Shown: positions 26,807-39,716 of the stretch, in pieces
Position numbering within the stretch: position 1 is the stretch's first letter
How the letters are laid out: every line of letters begins with the position of its first letter
Origin: Trichinella spiralis
Lineage: Eukaryota
Assembly (NCBI RefSeq): GCF_000181795.1
Contig: NW_003526941.1
Location: forward strand, 6,373,422 to 6,429,743
DNA length: 56,322 bases
Reading direction: 5' to 3'
Position numbers and translations under genes: made by a program
Notes under the pieces: generated by a model
Databases searched by the model: none
Told to the model about the DNA's origin: nothing
The model's input: only the letters and a program-made list of their open reading frames with translations

Positions 26807-28632
26807 TTGATTGAATGATTGATATTTCTGATTTTTTTTTCTTAAAAATTTACTATTATTGTTATTAGTATTATTATTTTGTTTTTTTTATTCAAATTCA
26901 AAATAAATTCAATGAATATTTTTTAAATAGTAAAAGAAATGATGTTCACGATTAAAATTAACACGTGCAAAAAAAACGTAATTTTTTAATTGATCTAAAT
27001 TTTCTTCTAAAATTATTCAACAGTGATAGTTTAATTGGATAGTTCTGTTCATTTCAACAGCGTTCGGTGGTCAATTGTAATTGATTTGATGTTGTAAAAA
27101 TCAATACAATTAAAATGATCAAATCAATTTGCGAAGTGAAATATTTATTTTCTCGTCTATAATTGATGAAATATAAACTAAATTGAATGAAGTTTTTTAT
27201 TTTCGTTATGTAAATTCTAATATTTCAACGTTCGTCATTTCTGCTTGCAGAATTTAGCATAAATTAATCGAAAATTTCGACTAAAATTGGACGCTTTGAT
27301 CAACAACAATCGAAACGATTTTTCTTTTTCAGCGAAAACTGAAGTTTATAAATATTTACATTTCGATCGATGAATCGTGTCTTCTGGAGGAAAAAGGTGG
27401 AAAAAATTTTTCTACGATTTTTCTCTTCTAGAGGGAAAAGGTGGAAAAATTTTTTCTACAATTTTCAACTGACAAATCGACAAAACCGGTTTGTGTTTAT
27501 TCGACTTGACCTTTGAAAAAGGGTTTCAGAGAATTCAGAAGAAAAATTTGCATAACATGTCGTCGTCTGCGAAAAATATCTTTGAAAAAAAAAGTAAAAT
27601 TAAAACTTTCGTCAAGAATAATTATCTGATCAATTAATTTACACACAGGCATATGTATGTGTATATATGCGGACAGTTTGACCCTTTGAAGAATGTACAA
27701 TAAGAAGACCACGCTGAAGTGTTAATCCTTGTCGGGAAGTGTGTCAAATCGAGTTTTGCAGTTTCATTTGATGGGACTTCTGTTTTTCAATTCAAAAATC
27801 TGGATATCTCAAATAATAAAAATTTTTGCTTATGAATTTATCCAGAGCACGTTTTATAATTGTGCTCATCTTTTGTTTGATTATTTGAATAAGTTGATGC
27901 CAATTTCCGCACTAACAAATATCGAGTGCAGGCTGCTGCGCTGAAACAGCCTTTGCCAATGTACATCGAATTTTGCTACTCGAATTCTCTCGGTTGGAAA
28001 GCCAATTTGGATGGATAAGCAATTCTGCAAAGTACACATCTGCATAATTGCATCATCGGCATTTGATGTTGATGGCACATTTTTTTTCTTTCACCAAAAA
28101 AAACTACATTTTCATCGCAGAAGAAAAAAAGCAATTATTATTCTGAATTATTTGCATCAATCACGTTTTTTTCAATAGCTTGTACTTTGAAGAACAAAAG
28201 AATATGGACACTCCTATCAAAACTGGTAATTAAATTTCTGTTTTCTTTTAAATTGTAAAAAAAACTTTGTAAATAATGAACATTAAACAATTTTCAAGTG
28301 TACTTTTCATTGTGATATTTTGCACAATAATAAAAATGCTAAAGCTGTAAATTTACATCTTAAACATGAAACTTAATCTATTTAAGAAATTGGACATTTT
28401 CATCTTCAGTCGCACTTTGTAGATGTTCGTCATTAAAGTACTTAAATTATGCAAATAAAAGTAAATGCAAAATTTTCCTCTTTTTAAGATTTAATATTTC
28501 AAATTAACAAATACAGTAAATTTTATCCGTTTTGTTCAATAAGAAGTTACGATTGCTACCGTAAGAATAGAAAAAAATAATAAAGAACTTGCTTATCTTG
28601 AAATAGCATCTGTACTGTCGTCGACGTTTGAA

Positions 28633-31600
28633 ATGAATGCTCAGAGCTGGTTGTCGGTTGTTGGTTGATGAAGAAGAAACTTTCCAACAGTCACGGATTA
28701 ACAGCCATGAAGTTGTCATATTTGACACTTATAATTTTTACAGTTGTCAGCACATCCGCGCAAGAAGAACTTGACGAATATCCTCAAAGTGAGCGCTTTT
28801 TACTCATTTACGTTTGTTTTTTTTGATTTTTTGAAATTTTATTCATTTTTTTATCTTCAGGCAGTGGACGTTGTGTGGATGAAAATGGCGTTGCTCAGAG
28901 ATGTGTGCCTGAATTCATCAACGCCGCCTTCAACCGTCCCGTTGAAGTGACAAACACTTGCGGATTGTCGAGACCTGTTGAATTTTGCGTGCAGACTGGT
29001 CACTCTGGAATGAACAAAGTTTGTGACGTTTGCGACGCTCGAGTGTCTTCACAAGCGCATCCTTCGTTCTACCTAACCGACTTCAACAATCCCAACAACG
29101 AAACTTGGTGGCAGTCTGAAACAATGGCCGAAGGCATTCAGTATCCAACAACTGTCAACATGACCATTAACCTGGGTAATTTGATATTTCTCTAGACATA
29201 TATATATTTTTTTACGTTTGTATGTTTTTCCTTTTCTTGTCATTTTTTTGTTGTGGTTTCTGATATTTGTGCAGTGCTGTGCAAAATTGCCGACATTTTT
29301 AGGTATGCTTTTTTTTTGAAATACTTTCATATGACGACGAAACTACTACGAAACAAACAATCTTTGTTTGCTTTGTCAGTGAAGGGGAGAAAATAGAGTT
29401 ATTCTGTGGGATTCGTGTAAAAATTGGTGAACTTGTTTTACTCTGACAGTAATCGAAGTGATAATTTATTTTTTGTTTTTTTTATTGCTTAAAGTTGTAA
29501 AATTGGAAATAATTGTGCTGTTGCATATTTATTCCAATGTAAATGATTGTCCAGTTCAAGGTAGTCTGGTCATTCAGTGTGCATGGTCAGATGTGGCAAT
29601 CAGTTTGCAATTCTACTTTGCTCGGTGATGTGAGATACAGTGATGTGAGAATTCATCTTTTTCAGGCAAAGCATTTGACATTACGTACGTTCGGTTGAAG
29701 TTCCGCAGTCCCAGGCCGGAAAGTTTTGCCATTTACAAAAAAAGCCGTGCCGATAGTGACTGGAGTCCATGGCAGTATTACAGGTGAGAAAATAATAATA
29801 ATCATGAATAAAAATTTATTTAGTAGTGTTCGTTTTAGTGGTAAGTCCCGTCATTTGAGATTGTTCTTTTTCTGTCATAATATTCTGAAGCGTTTGGCGT
29901 TCAATGCCAAAGCAAATGTTTCATTTTTAGTGTGTATATTTTTTATTTTATTTTTTTTATTTTCCCCATTACTCTATTTTGATGAATAATTGCAATAAGC
30001 GTTCTATTTCTATTTCAGTGCCACATGTCGAAGCACATATGGTGTGCCGGAGAAGGCACCGATTTTACCCAATGCAGAAGCAGTTGCTCAGTGTAGTGCT
30101 GAATATTCGGATATTTCCCCTTTGACAGGAGGAAATGTGGCTTTTTCGACCCTTGAAGGACGTCCAAGTGCGCACAATTTTGAAGAATCGTCCGTTTTAC
30201 AGGTAAATTTATTATTATCAATTCAAATATCTCATCTTATACTGCCAGAGTTTGTTTCAACGATGAAAATTAAAATACTTTAATCTTCTTCCATGAATAA
30301 TTATTAAATTGCGGAACTTTCTATTCTATCTGAGTTTTAGTAGGTTTTTGTATTAAAGATGTTACTTAATTTAATTAAGTTTTATTTAAGCTGTCGGAAA
30401 TGAACTTTTTTTTTCTCGTTTCTAAAACAATCCGCTTTATTTTATGTAATAACTTGCCGTGATAAATTAATTAAGGATCAACATTTTTAAAGTTTCTTCT
30501 ATTTTATGGTGTAGTTATGTTTTTATTTATTTTGTTTGTGTGGAATGTTTGTAAAAAAAGATTTTAAGGAAGTTTCAAAAATTGCTTTTTCAGTGATTTG
30601 TACTACCAGGTAAAAAACCAACAATGAAAGTTTTGTCATATTGCTTAGTTTGTTTGCTTTTATGCATTTGTTACAAAATTTGACAGCAGCAATAATAATG
30701 ATGATGATGATATTAAAATAGTAGTAACATTTTACAAATAGTTTGTTAAAATAATATTTATTCGTAATAAGTTTAAATTTATTTATGATAAAGTTGAAGG
30801 ATATGTAAATAAACCAATTTTAATTTTTTAATATATAATGAAATAATATACTGTTTTTGTTATATTACTGTTTGTTTATTTTTAGGATTGGGTTACGGCT
30901 AGTGAAATACGAATAGTGTTAACAAGATTGAACACATTCGGCGACGAGGTTTTCCGAGATATTAAAGTTCTTCGTTCTTATTATTACGCAGTTTCTGATT
31001 TTGCGATTGGTGGACGGTATGTATGCTTAAAACTTAATAAATTAATGATGTTGAGAATTCAAATTATTTAAATTTTTGTTTATTTTTAGTTGCAAATGCA
31101 ATGGTCATGCAAGTAGGTGTGTAAAGAGCACCGGTCACGGTGAAGAGAAACTTGTGTGCCAGTGTGAGCACAATACACACGGCGAAGATTGTGATGAGTG
31201 TTTGCCATTTTTCAATAATCGTCCCTGGAAAGCTGCTACAGCAGAAAATGCTAATGAATGTCAAGGTGAATTTATTCTACATTTATTTGATTATTTTATT
31301 TTGCATAATTTAAAAGCTTGAATTAAAATTGACTTAACTAAATTTATTTCATTCATTTTAGCATGTGATTGCAATGGTTTGTCAAATCGTTGTTATTTTG
31401 ATGAGGAGTTGTATCGCATGACAGGCAATGGAGGCCATTGTATTAATTGTGCTGGCAATACTCGTGGAGCACATTGTGAAGCATGTTTGGAAAATTATTG
31501 GCGTGCTCCTGGACAGCAAACATGTTTACCATGTAACTGCAACGAGATTGGTAATTTTATTTTAAAAAGGTTTCTTATTCTGTTCATTTTGTATTATGTA

Positions 31601-34600
31601 TTTTTTTTCAGGTTCTGTCAACATGCAGTGTGATGACAGTGGACAGTGTATTTGTAAGCCAGGTGTAGGAGGACAACACTGCGATCGTTGTCTTCCTGGA
31701 TTTTATGAATTTTCTGCGCTTGGTTGCAGGTGGAGTGTTATCTTTTTTTAATATAAAAATTCATCTAAATACGTTAATATTTCAGAGACTGCGGCTGTTT
31801 GGAATCTGGAAGCTTAGATAATCAACCGTCTTGTCGATCGGATACAGGTGATTGCACATGTAAGCGAAACGTTGAAGGTCGTCAGTGTGAACGATGCCGA
31901 CCGGGATTTTTTAATCTGGATCTGGAAAATGAATTTGGTTGCACTCCATGCTTCTGCTTCGGGCATTCATCCGTTTGCGACTCAGCACTTGGCTATTATA
32001 AATCGAACATTACTTCTACCTTTGATTCGTGTAATTTTATTTTATTTTTTGCATTTTTGAATTATTATTATTATCCATTATTTGTTCTAATGTACACAGC
32101 TCGTGACGGCTGGAAAGCGGAACGTTATGATGGTAGAGAAACTGAACTTCAGTATAATTTAATGGATCAGGCAGTTTCTGTTGCTGAATTTGATGGCCCA
32201 TCTTATTTCATAGCTCCAGGTTAGTGAAAAAAAATTAATTTTATTTATTTGTTTATTTATTTATTGGAAAAAATTTTATAATAACCTTTTATTTTATATG
32301 TTAGGAAAATTCAGAGGTAATCAACGATCCGCTTACAATCAAATATTGTCATTCAAGCTGAAAGTGGTCCAGTCGAATGCTCGTGCTTCAGTGAGGGATA
32401 TTGTTTTGGAAGGTGCCGATGGTCAAGTGATTTCCGTGCCAGTGTTTGCTCAGGGAAATCCTGTACCGGCCAGTTATGAACAAGTAATTCAATTTTTTTT
32501 CCACTGTACATGTATGAGAATGGAATATGTTTTATGCAAATGGTAGATTTATCGTTATCGATTGCATGAAAGTGCGGATTTTGGTTGGACCCCGAGTTTG
32601 TCGACGACCAAATTTCTCGGCTTACTTTCAAATGTTACCGCGTTGAAAATTCGTGGAACTTTTGCCGCTGGCGATGTCGGTGGTTTGGATGACGTCATAC
32701 TTCAGTCGGCCAGTATGACTCCCAATGGAGAAGAGCTTGGCCAGCGAGCAATGTGGATCGAGTCTTGCCAGTGTCCGGATAATTTTGTTGGTCAATTCTG
32801 CGAGTCCTGTGCACCGGGCTTTAGACGTGAGCCGAAATTCGGCGGTCCGTTTTCACGGTGCATCAAGTGCGAATGCCACGGTCATGCAGACCTCTGCGAA
32901 GCCGAGTCTGGTCGTTGTATATGTGAGCACAACACCGCCGGCGATAATTGCGAACGCTGTGCGCGTGGATTTTATGGTAATGCGCTGAACGGTACTGTCA
33001 ACGATTGTATCGCGTGTCCATGTCCTGACTCTGGTCCTTGTTTATTGCATACCGACGACGATATCATCTGTTTGGACTGTCCGAACGGCTATGCAGGTGA
33101 TGGACAATTTTTTTAAAAAATATATACATTATTTTTAATAAATAAATGTTCCGTTTATTTTACTTTTAATTTAGGACGCCGATGTGAAATTTGTTCAGAT
33201 GGATATTTCGGCGAACCATCGAATGGACGTAATTGTACGTTTTGCAAATGCAGCGGAAATATTGATCCAAATTCCGTCGGCAATTGCGACAGGTTTAATA
33301 TTTTTTAACATGCCAACTACTTTGGTTTATTAATTTGATTTTTATATTGTTTTAAGAACTACTGGAGAATGTAAAAAGTGTATTTACAATACGCATGGCT
33401 TTGAATGTGAAAAATGTTTGCCTGGATTCTACGGCGATGCTCTGTTGGAACCAAAAGGAGATTGCAAACGTAAGTTTATTTGTTTTGTTATTCATTTTTG
33501 CGTCAGTTGATGTTTAATGCTTTTTTTGTTTATTTGTTTAAGCTTGCGATTGTTATTCATTCGGTACCTATAAACCACGTACAGATTATGACTTTTTGGA
33601 ATGTCAACAAAATGATGGTCAGTGTCAGTGTTTAAATCATGTAACTGGTCGTCGATGTGACCAATGCGAGAATGGATATTACAATATCAGCAGCGGTGAA
33701 GGTTGTCAGCCGTGCAACTGCGATCCGCTTGGTTCTTTGAACACCAGCTGCGATATAAACACTGGCCAGTGTGTTTGCAAGCCGGGTGTAATTGGACGTC
33801 GTTGTGACCAGTGCGCAATGCGGCATTTCGGCTTCGGACCGAAAGGTAAATTGTCAGGATGTTCATTTTTTTCAAAGTTTCAAAGAATTCTTTTTCTTTC
33901 CCAGGTTGCGAAGCTTGCAATTGTCTGGTCATGGGCTCTGTGAATTTGCAGTGCAGCATCACCACTGGTCAGTGTCAGTGTCATCCGAATATCGAAGGAC
34001 GACAGTGTGATCGTTGCAAAGAGAACATGTACAATTTGGAAGCCGGATGCTTGGAATGTCCACCATGTTACAAGCTGATACAGAAATATGCCAAACAACA
34101 TCGGGAAAAGTTGGACGAATTGAAAGACCTTCTTGCTGAGATTATTGCCAATCCAATGGTGATCAATGATACGAATTTTGAGAAAAAGTTGGCTGAAGTG
34201 CACGAGGATGTGACGAAATTTGGCGTTGAGGTGAAAGAACGTTTGGGTGAGTGAATTCTGTTTGTGGTAGTAGTAGTAGTGTAATTTACATAAAGGAGAG
34301 TGTCGTTTTCAGCTGGTGGTGACAGTTCATTGATCAAACGAGTGAGCAAATTGCGAGATGATATTACCAAAGCAGAAGAATCACTAGCGGATGTTGATCA
34401 TTTGTTGTTGGAAACGAATTTCACAATCTCCGAAGCAGTGAACATAATGAGCAGTTGGGATAGAATTAAAGGTTTGCGAAAATTGCCAACAACAACATAA
34501 TAAAAGAAATATTAATGATATTTTTTTAAAAATTATTTTACAGAAAAGTCTTATGCAGAACTGCGACACGCGCAGTACTTTTTGAACAATGATGCGGTTG

Positions 34601-36559
34601 AGGCGTGGAACAGAGCCAGACTAGCGTCTGATCGTTTCGGACGACCATCGGAAGAAATGACCAATTTGGCGGAAGAGGCCCGTCAATTGGCTGAACGGTA
34701 ATCAATTTTAATTCAATGAGTGAACAGTGATTTTAATTTTTTTTTTAAATCATACGAATTATGATTATTGGCGTTTAGACAAATGAATAATTCTTTGACA
34801 ATTGAACGTTACGCTGCTGACGCGTTGAACGCTTCCAAGCAAGCTTACAAAAAAGCGCACGAAGCGATTTACGGCAGCGAGGCGATTAGCAGCGAAATTA
34901 GTCGTCTGCAGAAGAGGTGAAAATGGATGAATTTTGATAAGAGAAGAAAATTTGCATAATAATCACCGTTTCACTGTTTTTGTTCAGTTATGTGAGTGCG
35001 GAAGAATTGCAAAATCAGACCATTTCGATGGCCAAAGAGCAGGTTGATCGAGCCGAGCAAGTTTATCAAAAAGCAGCGGAAATGCTTAACAAAGTTGACT
35101 CTTTGAAAATTCCCGAAGTTGACATTGACGGATTGCAAAAGAAAGCTTTGGTCGTATCTGAAGAGGTAAACATGCTCAGTAGAAAATTATTAAAATAACA
35201 AAATATTTTAATAAATTATTTCGATATGTAGATTGTGATAATAATTTTTTATTTGTATTAATTTCAGGCAAAAACTGTACGCAGTGAAGCGGAAAATTTG
35301 GCTATGGAAAACAAGCCGGTGGTCGACCAAGTCAACAGAATGAGAACCCATGCAGAATATGAATTGATGAGGGCGGAAAATCAACAACAGATTGCCGATG
35401 CTTTATTAGCCGATCTTGACGCTGCACACGCGAAAGCGCAAAAAGCCGTCGCTTTGGCCGAATCGACCCTTTTAGAAGCGAACAACACATTAAAAACATT
35501 GGAAGGTATGTAAAATGGAAATTTTGAAACAGTTTTAATTTAAATTAATCAATTCACTTTTATGTTCTATAATAATATGCATCTGTTATGGTGATTGTGA
35601 ATTGTTTTTTTTTTTGGTGTTTTATGTAGAATTTGATGCGCTTGTTCAACAAAGCAAATTGCAAGCAATTGAAGCACTTGCTCGTACTGGAGAAATTGAA
35701 TCTACCATCAAAGAAGCTGAACAATGGTCTTCTGAAGCGGAACTGCTTCTTGGCAACGCTAAAGATGATGCAAAAAAAGCATCTCGAATAGCACAAGATG
35801 CTCGAGAAGATGCTGAAAAAGCTTCCAAAGTTTGTTTGATTGATTGATCGATTTAAAATAAAGTTTATTGCAGTTGTTGTTTAATTTATTAATGAAAAAT
35901 TTTATGTTCTATTTTAGTCGGCAGAGAAAATTCGAAGCGATGCGCATTCGACAAAGCTCGGCGTTCAGAAATTGAAGGTCGAAGCAGAAAATGTTAAAGC
36001 TGATGCAAACAAGGCTACAAACACTTTGAATAATTACAGAATGCTTTCTGCTGATGACAAACAAAAAGCTATAGAAGTATTATTGTTTTTTTTAAATTTT
36101 TTAATTGATTTTTTGTATTTCTCCGTTCAAGGCGCTTGAATTGGCAAGTCAAGCAGATTTATTAGCCAATCGTTCTAATCGAACAACTACAGAAGCAATC
36201 GAAACGTTGAAAAAAATTTTGAATGAGCTCAGTAAGCAAGAAAATTTTATTAAATATATATATATTTATTTATTTATATAATTGTTGTTGCTGTTTCAGA
36301 TAATCTTGAAAGAGTGAAACAAGCTGATTTGGATATGCTAGCAGAAGGTGTGGCTGGTGCAACTCAAGTTTTGAGTGATGCAAATTTAGAACAAGAAGTG
36401 AGCAGTTTGAAAGCCAAACAAATGGAACAACAGCGTCGTATAAACCTTTATCAAGCGGACATCGATCGTCTTGAACGTGAAGTTCGCAACATTGAACAGA
36501 TACGTGACAGTCTACCCGACAGGTGCTACAATGTTATCGACATTGAAGGTTCAAGATAA
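28633..36559 (+). CDS. lam-2: Laminin subunit gamma (LN, LE repeats, L4/laminin-B domain, LE repeats, coiled coil), about 25 exons
   Basis: [95 protein letters not shown], many LE modules, a heptad-rich tail and C-terminal [15 protein letters not shown]. Coding is secure from exon 28744. The start exon 28633-28663 ([17 protein letters not shown], a short signal peptide) is tentative. Confidence 0.95.
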
Positions 36560-38059
36560 GCTTGTTTTCTAATATTGCAACACAGCAAGCAATATTCTAC
36601 TTTGACCATTTGCATATACTTAATTATTTATTAGTCGCATTATTAATAATAATAATAATATTATTATTATTTATGCTTTTACATGCCATAACTTTTGAAA
36701 CGAGTCGTTTTATACGAATTGTTCTTATACATGCATATTAATTTCTTTTTTAGCTATGCAATTTTGAAATTGTTATTTACTTAATTTTGCAGCTTTTATT
36801 TGATTGTTAAAATTTATAGGTAGTCTCTCTTTCCCATGAGACATATGAAAACAACAAGTAATAGCTGATAATCATAGCTGATATTTGGTTATATTTGAAT
36901 TTTTGCAACTTGAAATGTTTTAGTTGGTGGAATTATTATAATAAAATTGTTGTTATAGGATTGATTGTCTGACCGAATCAAATTACAAATTATTTGATAA
37001 ATGAATATTCATTTGCTTTTTCATGATATTTTGTTAAAAGAAAATATAATTTGTTCACAAAGCAAAAGCAAAAAGAAGAAGAATGTAAAGAAGGAGAGAA
37101 GAAGGCGTAGAGTTTTTGTTCTATCGTTGGGTTAGTTGCTCTTTTATTATTATTATTATGCTATGCACTTGTGCGTAATATACGGTATGTTTGCCTAGAG
37201 GTTTGGAGACGAGCTTTGACCCTTTCCGTTGACCCTGCTAGGGCAAAATAGGGTCGGCATTGTTCACGATGGTGATGATCCATCCAGCTTTCTTGATTGT
37301 TACAACAAGTGCAAGTGGAACGCCGATGATTGGATAGACAGACATTGCTGACCGGAATCAACAGACCAGCAAGCACTCCAATAAATCAATGCAGCTTTTC
37401 ATTCCGTATCTTCGAATCTAGTGCAAGAAGAAGAAGAAGATCGAACACAACGGGCCGAGTGGCTTTTTTACCAGTCAGTCGATTATTGGTTGAAGAATAA
37501 AGGAAGCAATAAAAATAATGAAATACAATTCAACACCAAATGGATGCATATATATGTATATCTATCATTTATTTGTCGATCAGAGAGAAGATCAGCACTT
37601 GGTAAGGAGCTTTTTCTTATTTGAATATTTGCTATTTATTCTTGATGGTATCTAATTTTGCATGGATGTCGAACTAGCAGCGCTATTTCAAGTAATAGAA
37701 GTGCACAGATATTTGTAGCATGTTTAGGAAATAGTAATTTACAGTATGCACAATATTGTTATATATATATATATATATATGCATTTGTTTAAATTTTTTG
37801 TATTATTATTGAAAGCTTTTCTGATTTCGCAAAAGATGAAAAAACATCAATGAAAGATCTGATGTTTCAGGATGGACAAGTGTTTCTGTTTAGATTAATT
37901 TTTCATTTGTCTTTGTTGAAAATTCTTTTCATCATTTTCTCTCCAAATGTGCTGCTTCCTTCGCACTTTTCTCTGCTCATTTCAGCAGTAGCAAGTGCAT
38001 ATTATCAATGACAAGCGTAGTTTTGCTTTTTTGACGTGCAAACCACTTGTGCACTGAAC

Positions 38060-38085
38060 ACCAACCAACCAACCAACCAACCAAC
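38060..38085. repeat. (CCAA)n tetranucleotide microsatellite
   Basis: About six tandem CCAA units. Confidence 0.85.
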
Positions 38086-39716
38086 AATTATCATCTGTTT
38101 AAGCATTGCTCTCTTTCAATTTCTTTGCTTCATTTGCAAAGAAACAAAAATCTTTTAATCTTAAGTTCTACTGATTTTTAAGCTTTTTATAGTTGTTTGT
38201 TTTTCAGTTTTATTTTTTTCGAGCAACAACATTTGCTGTGAAAGTAATTTTAATTTTACTTTTTTATATGATAAATTTTTAACTTGCTTGAGAACAAGCT
38301 CATTGCTATAATATTTAAAAATATATGTAAGCAGGATATGCAACGAGCACAAGTGTATGGCTGTTTTCAGCATTTGAAAAGGAAAATGTTAAAATAAAAA
38401 TAGAAGCACCATATTGTTTGGCCAATTTTCAATTGTTGCTCTTCACGTAAAGCTTTAAAAAACTGTGAATCACATTTGAACACAATTGTCCGTTCTTTTA
38501 TTGTTTTTTCCATTTTTTAATACAAAAGAAGACAGTCTGCTGTTGAATGAAGTTTCTGGTGTTGCAATGCAGAGATTATTATTCATAAGAAAATTTTTTT
38601 AGCCAACCAACCAATTCGATGAATCATCAACTTTTTCTTTATTCTGTGCATGTATTTCCATTTCTTTCTCAGTTTGTTTGGATAGTTCGAGTTTTAAGCG
38701 ACGATAAGAAATTGCCGTTGTTGTTGAATACATTTTCAATGACGTGTTTTTGAAAACGCCCCCAGCTATGGTTTTCTGAAACACAAAGTTGGATGATATA
38801 ATGTAGATGTAGAAAATTTATCTATTTCTATCTATCTCTGTCTGTCTGTTTGTGTTTGTTTCTTTTTAATTTTTCCAACATCTGCTGAACAGATTGTTTG
38901 TTTCATTTTTGATTTCTATTTTTAAGCTTCTCAACTTCTTCAGCTGCTTTGAAATTTCTGCTGGGTCTTTGCTTGTGTGCTTTGCTATCTTTCTCGAGCC
39001 CCTTTTTTTGCTTTCTTTCCATACTACTACAGTAATGAAAACTGTCGTTAGAATAAATATGACCAGCAAAGAGAATAAACAGACAGAAAAACAGCGCCAC
39101 TTGGTGGTGATGGTGGTCGTCATCGTGTTGATCACTTGCTGATCTTATTCATTGCTATTCTTCTTCTTCTTCTTCTTCATCTTCATCATTTCAACATATT
39201 AACTAACTGCTGCTCATGATCTCATAATATGGCAGCTAATTTTTTATAATTATTCTCTTTTTTTAAAATTATTAGCTTTTAAAAAAAATAAATCAACTAT
39301 GTGGAATTTGAAAATTTTCAACTGAAATCAAGTATTTTTCATTTTTAGATTACTATTTATCAGTCTGCTTGATCTGGAACTGAAAAAAAAACACGAAAAT
39401 GCCTTTACTGTAAGTATACATATATATATGTATATGCATATTGTAGTTTGGAATGCAATTCTTTGCTTAGATTGATCAAATATTTATTTTTTATTCATAT
39501 CAGAGTTTGATTAAAAATTCAACTGTCCAAATAAATATGTTGCAATTTTAATGGAAAATTTCTTTTTTCGAAAAATGCAATTCTTTTCAAATTCTGTATT
39601 TTCTTTTTTTTTCGTTAAAGTTTCTTTCTTTTTCCTCTAAAGGAAGTAAATAAAAAATCTACATCTGACGTTGAACATGTATAGCGTCTAACCATTTTTG
39701 CAATTGCTTATTTGAA

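Noticed and set aside
28204..28225. ATG GAC ACT CCT ATC AAA ACT G|gtaatt as the laminin start exon
   Set aside because: Phase-compatible, but it yields no hydrophobic signal peptide; 28633 is preferred, and this may be a UTR exon.
37161..37420. GC-richer stretch with a GACCCT...AGGGTC inverted repeat; possible ncRNA
   Set aside because: The stem is short and no tRNA, snRNA, snoRNA or SL-RNA hallmarks were recognised; could be UTR or regulatory DNA.
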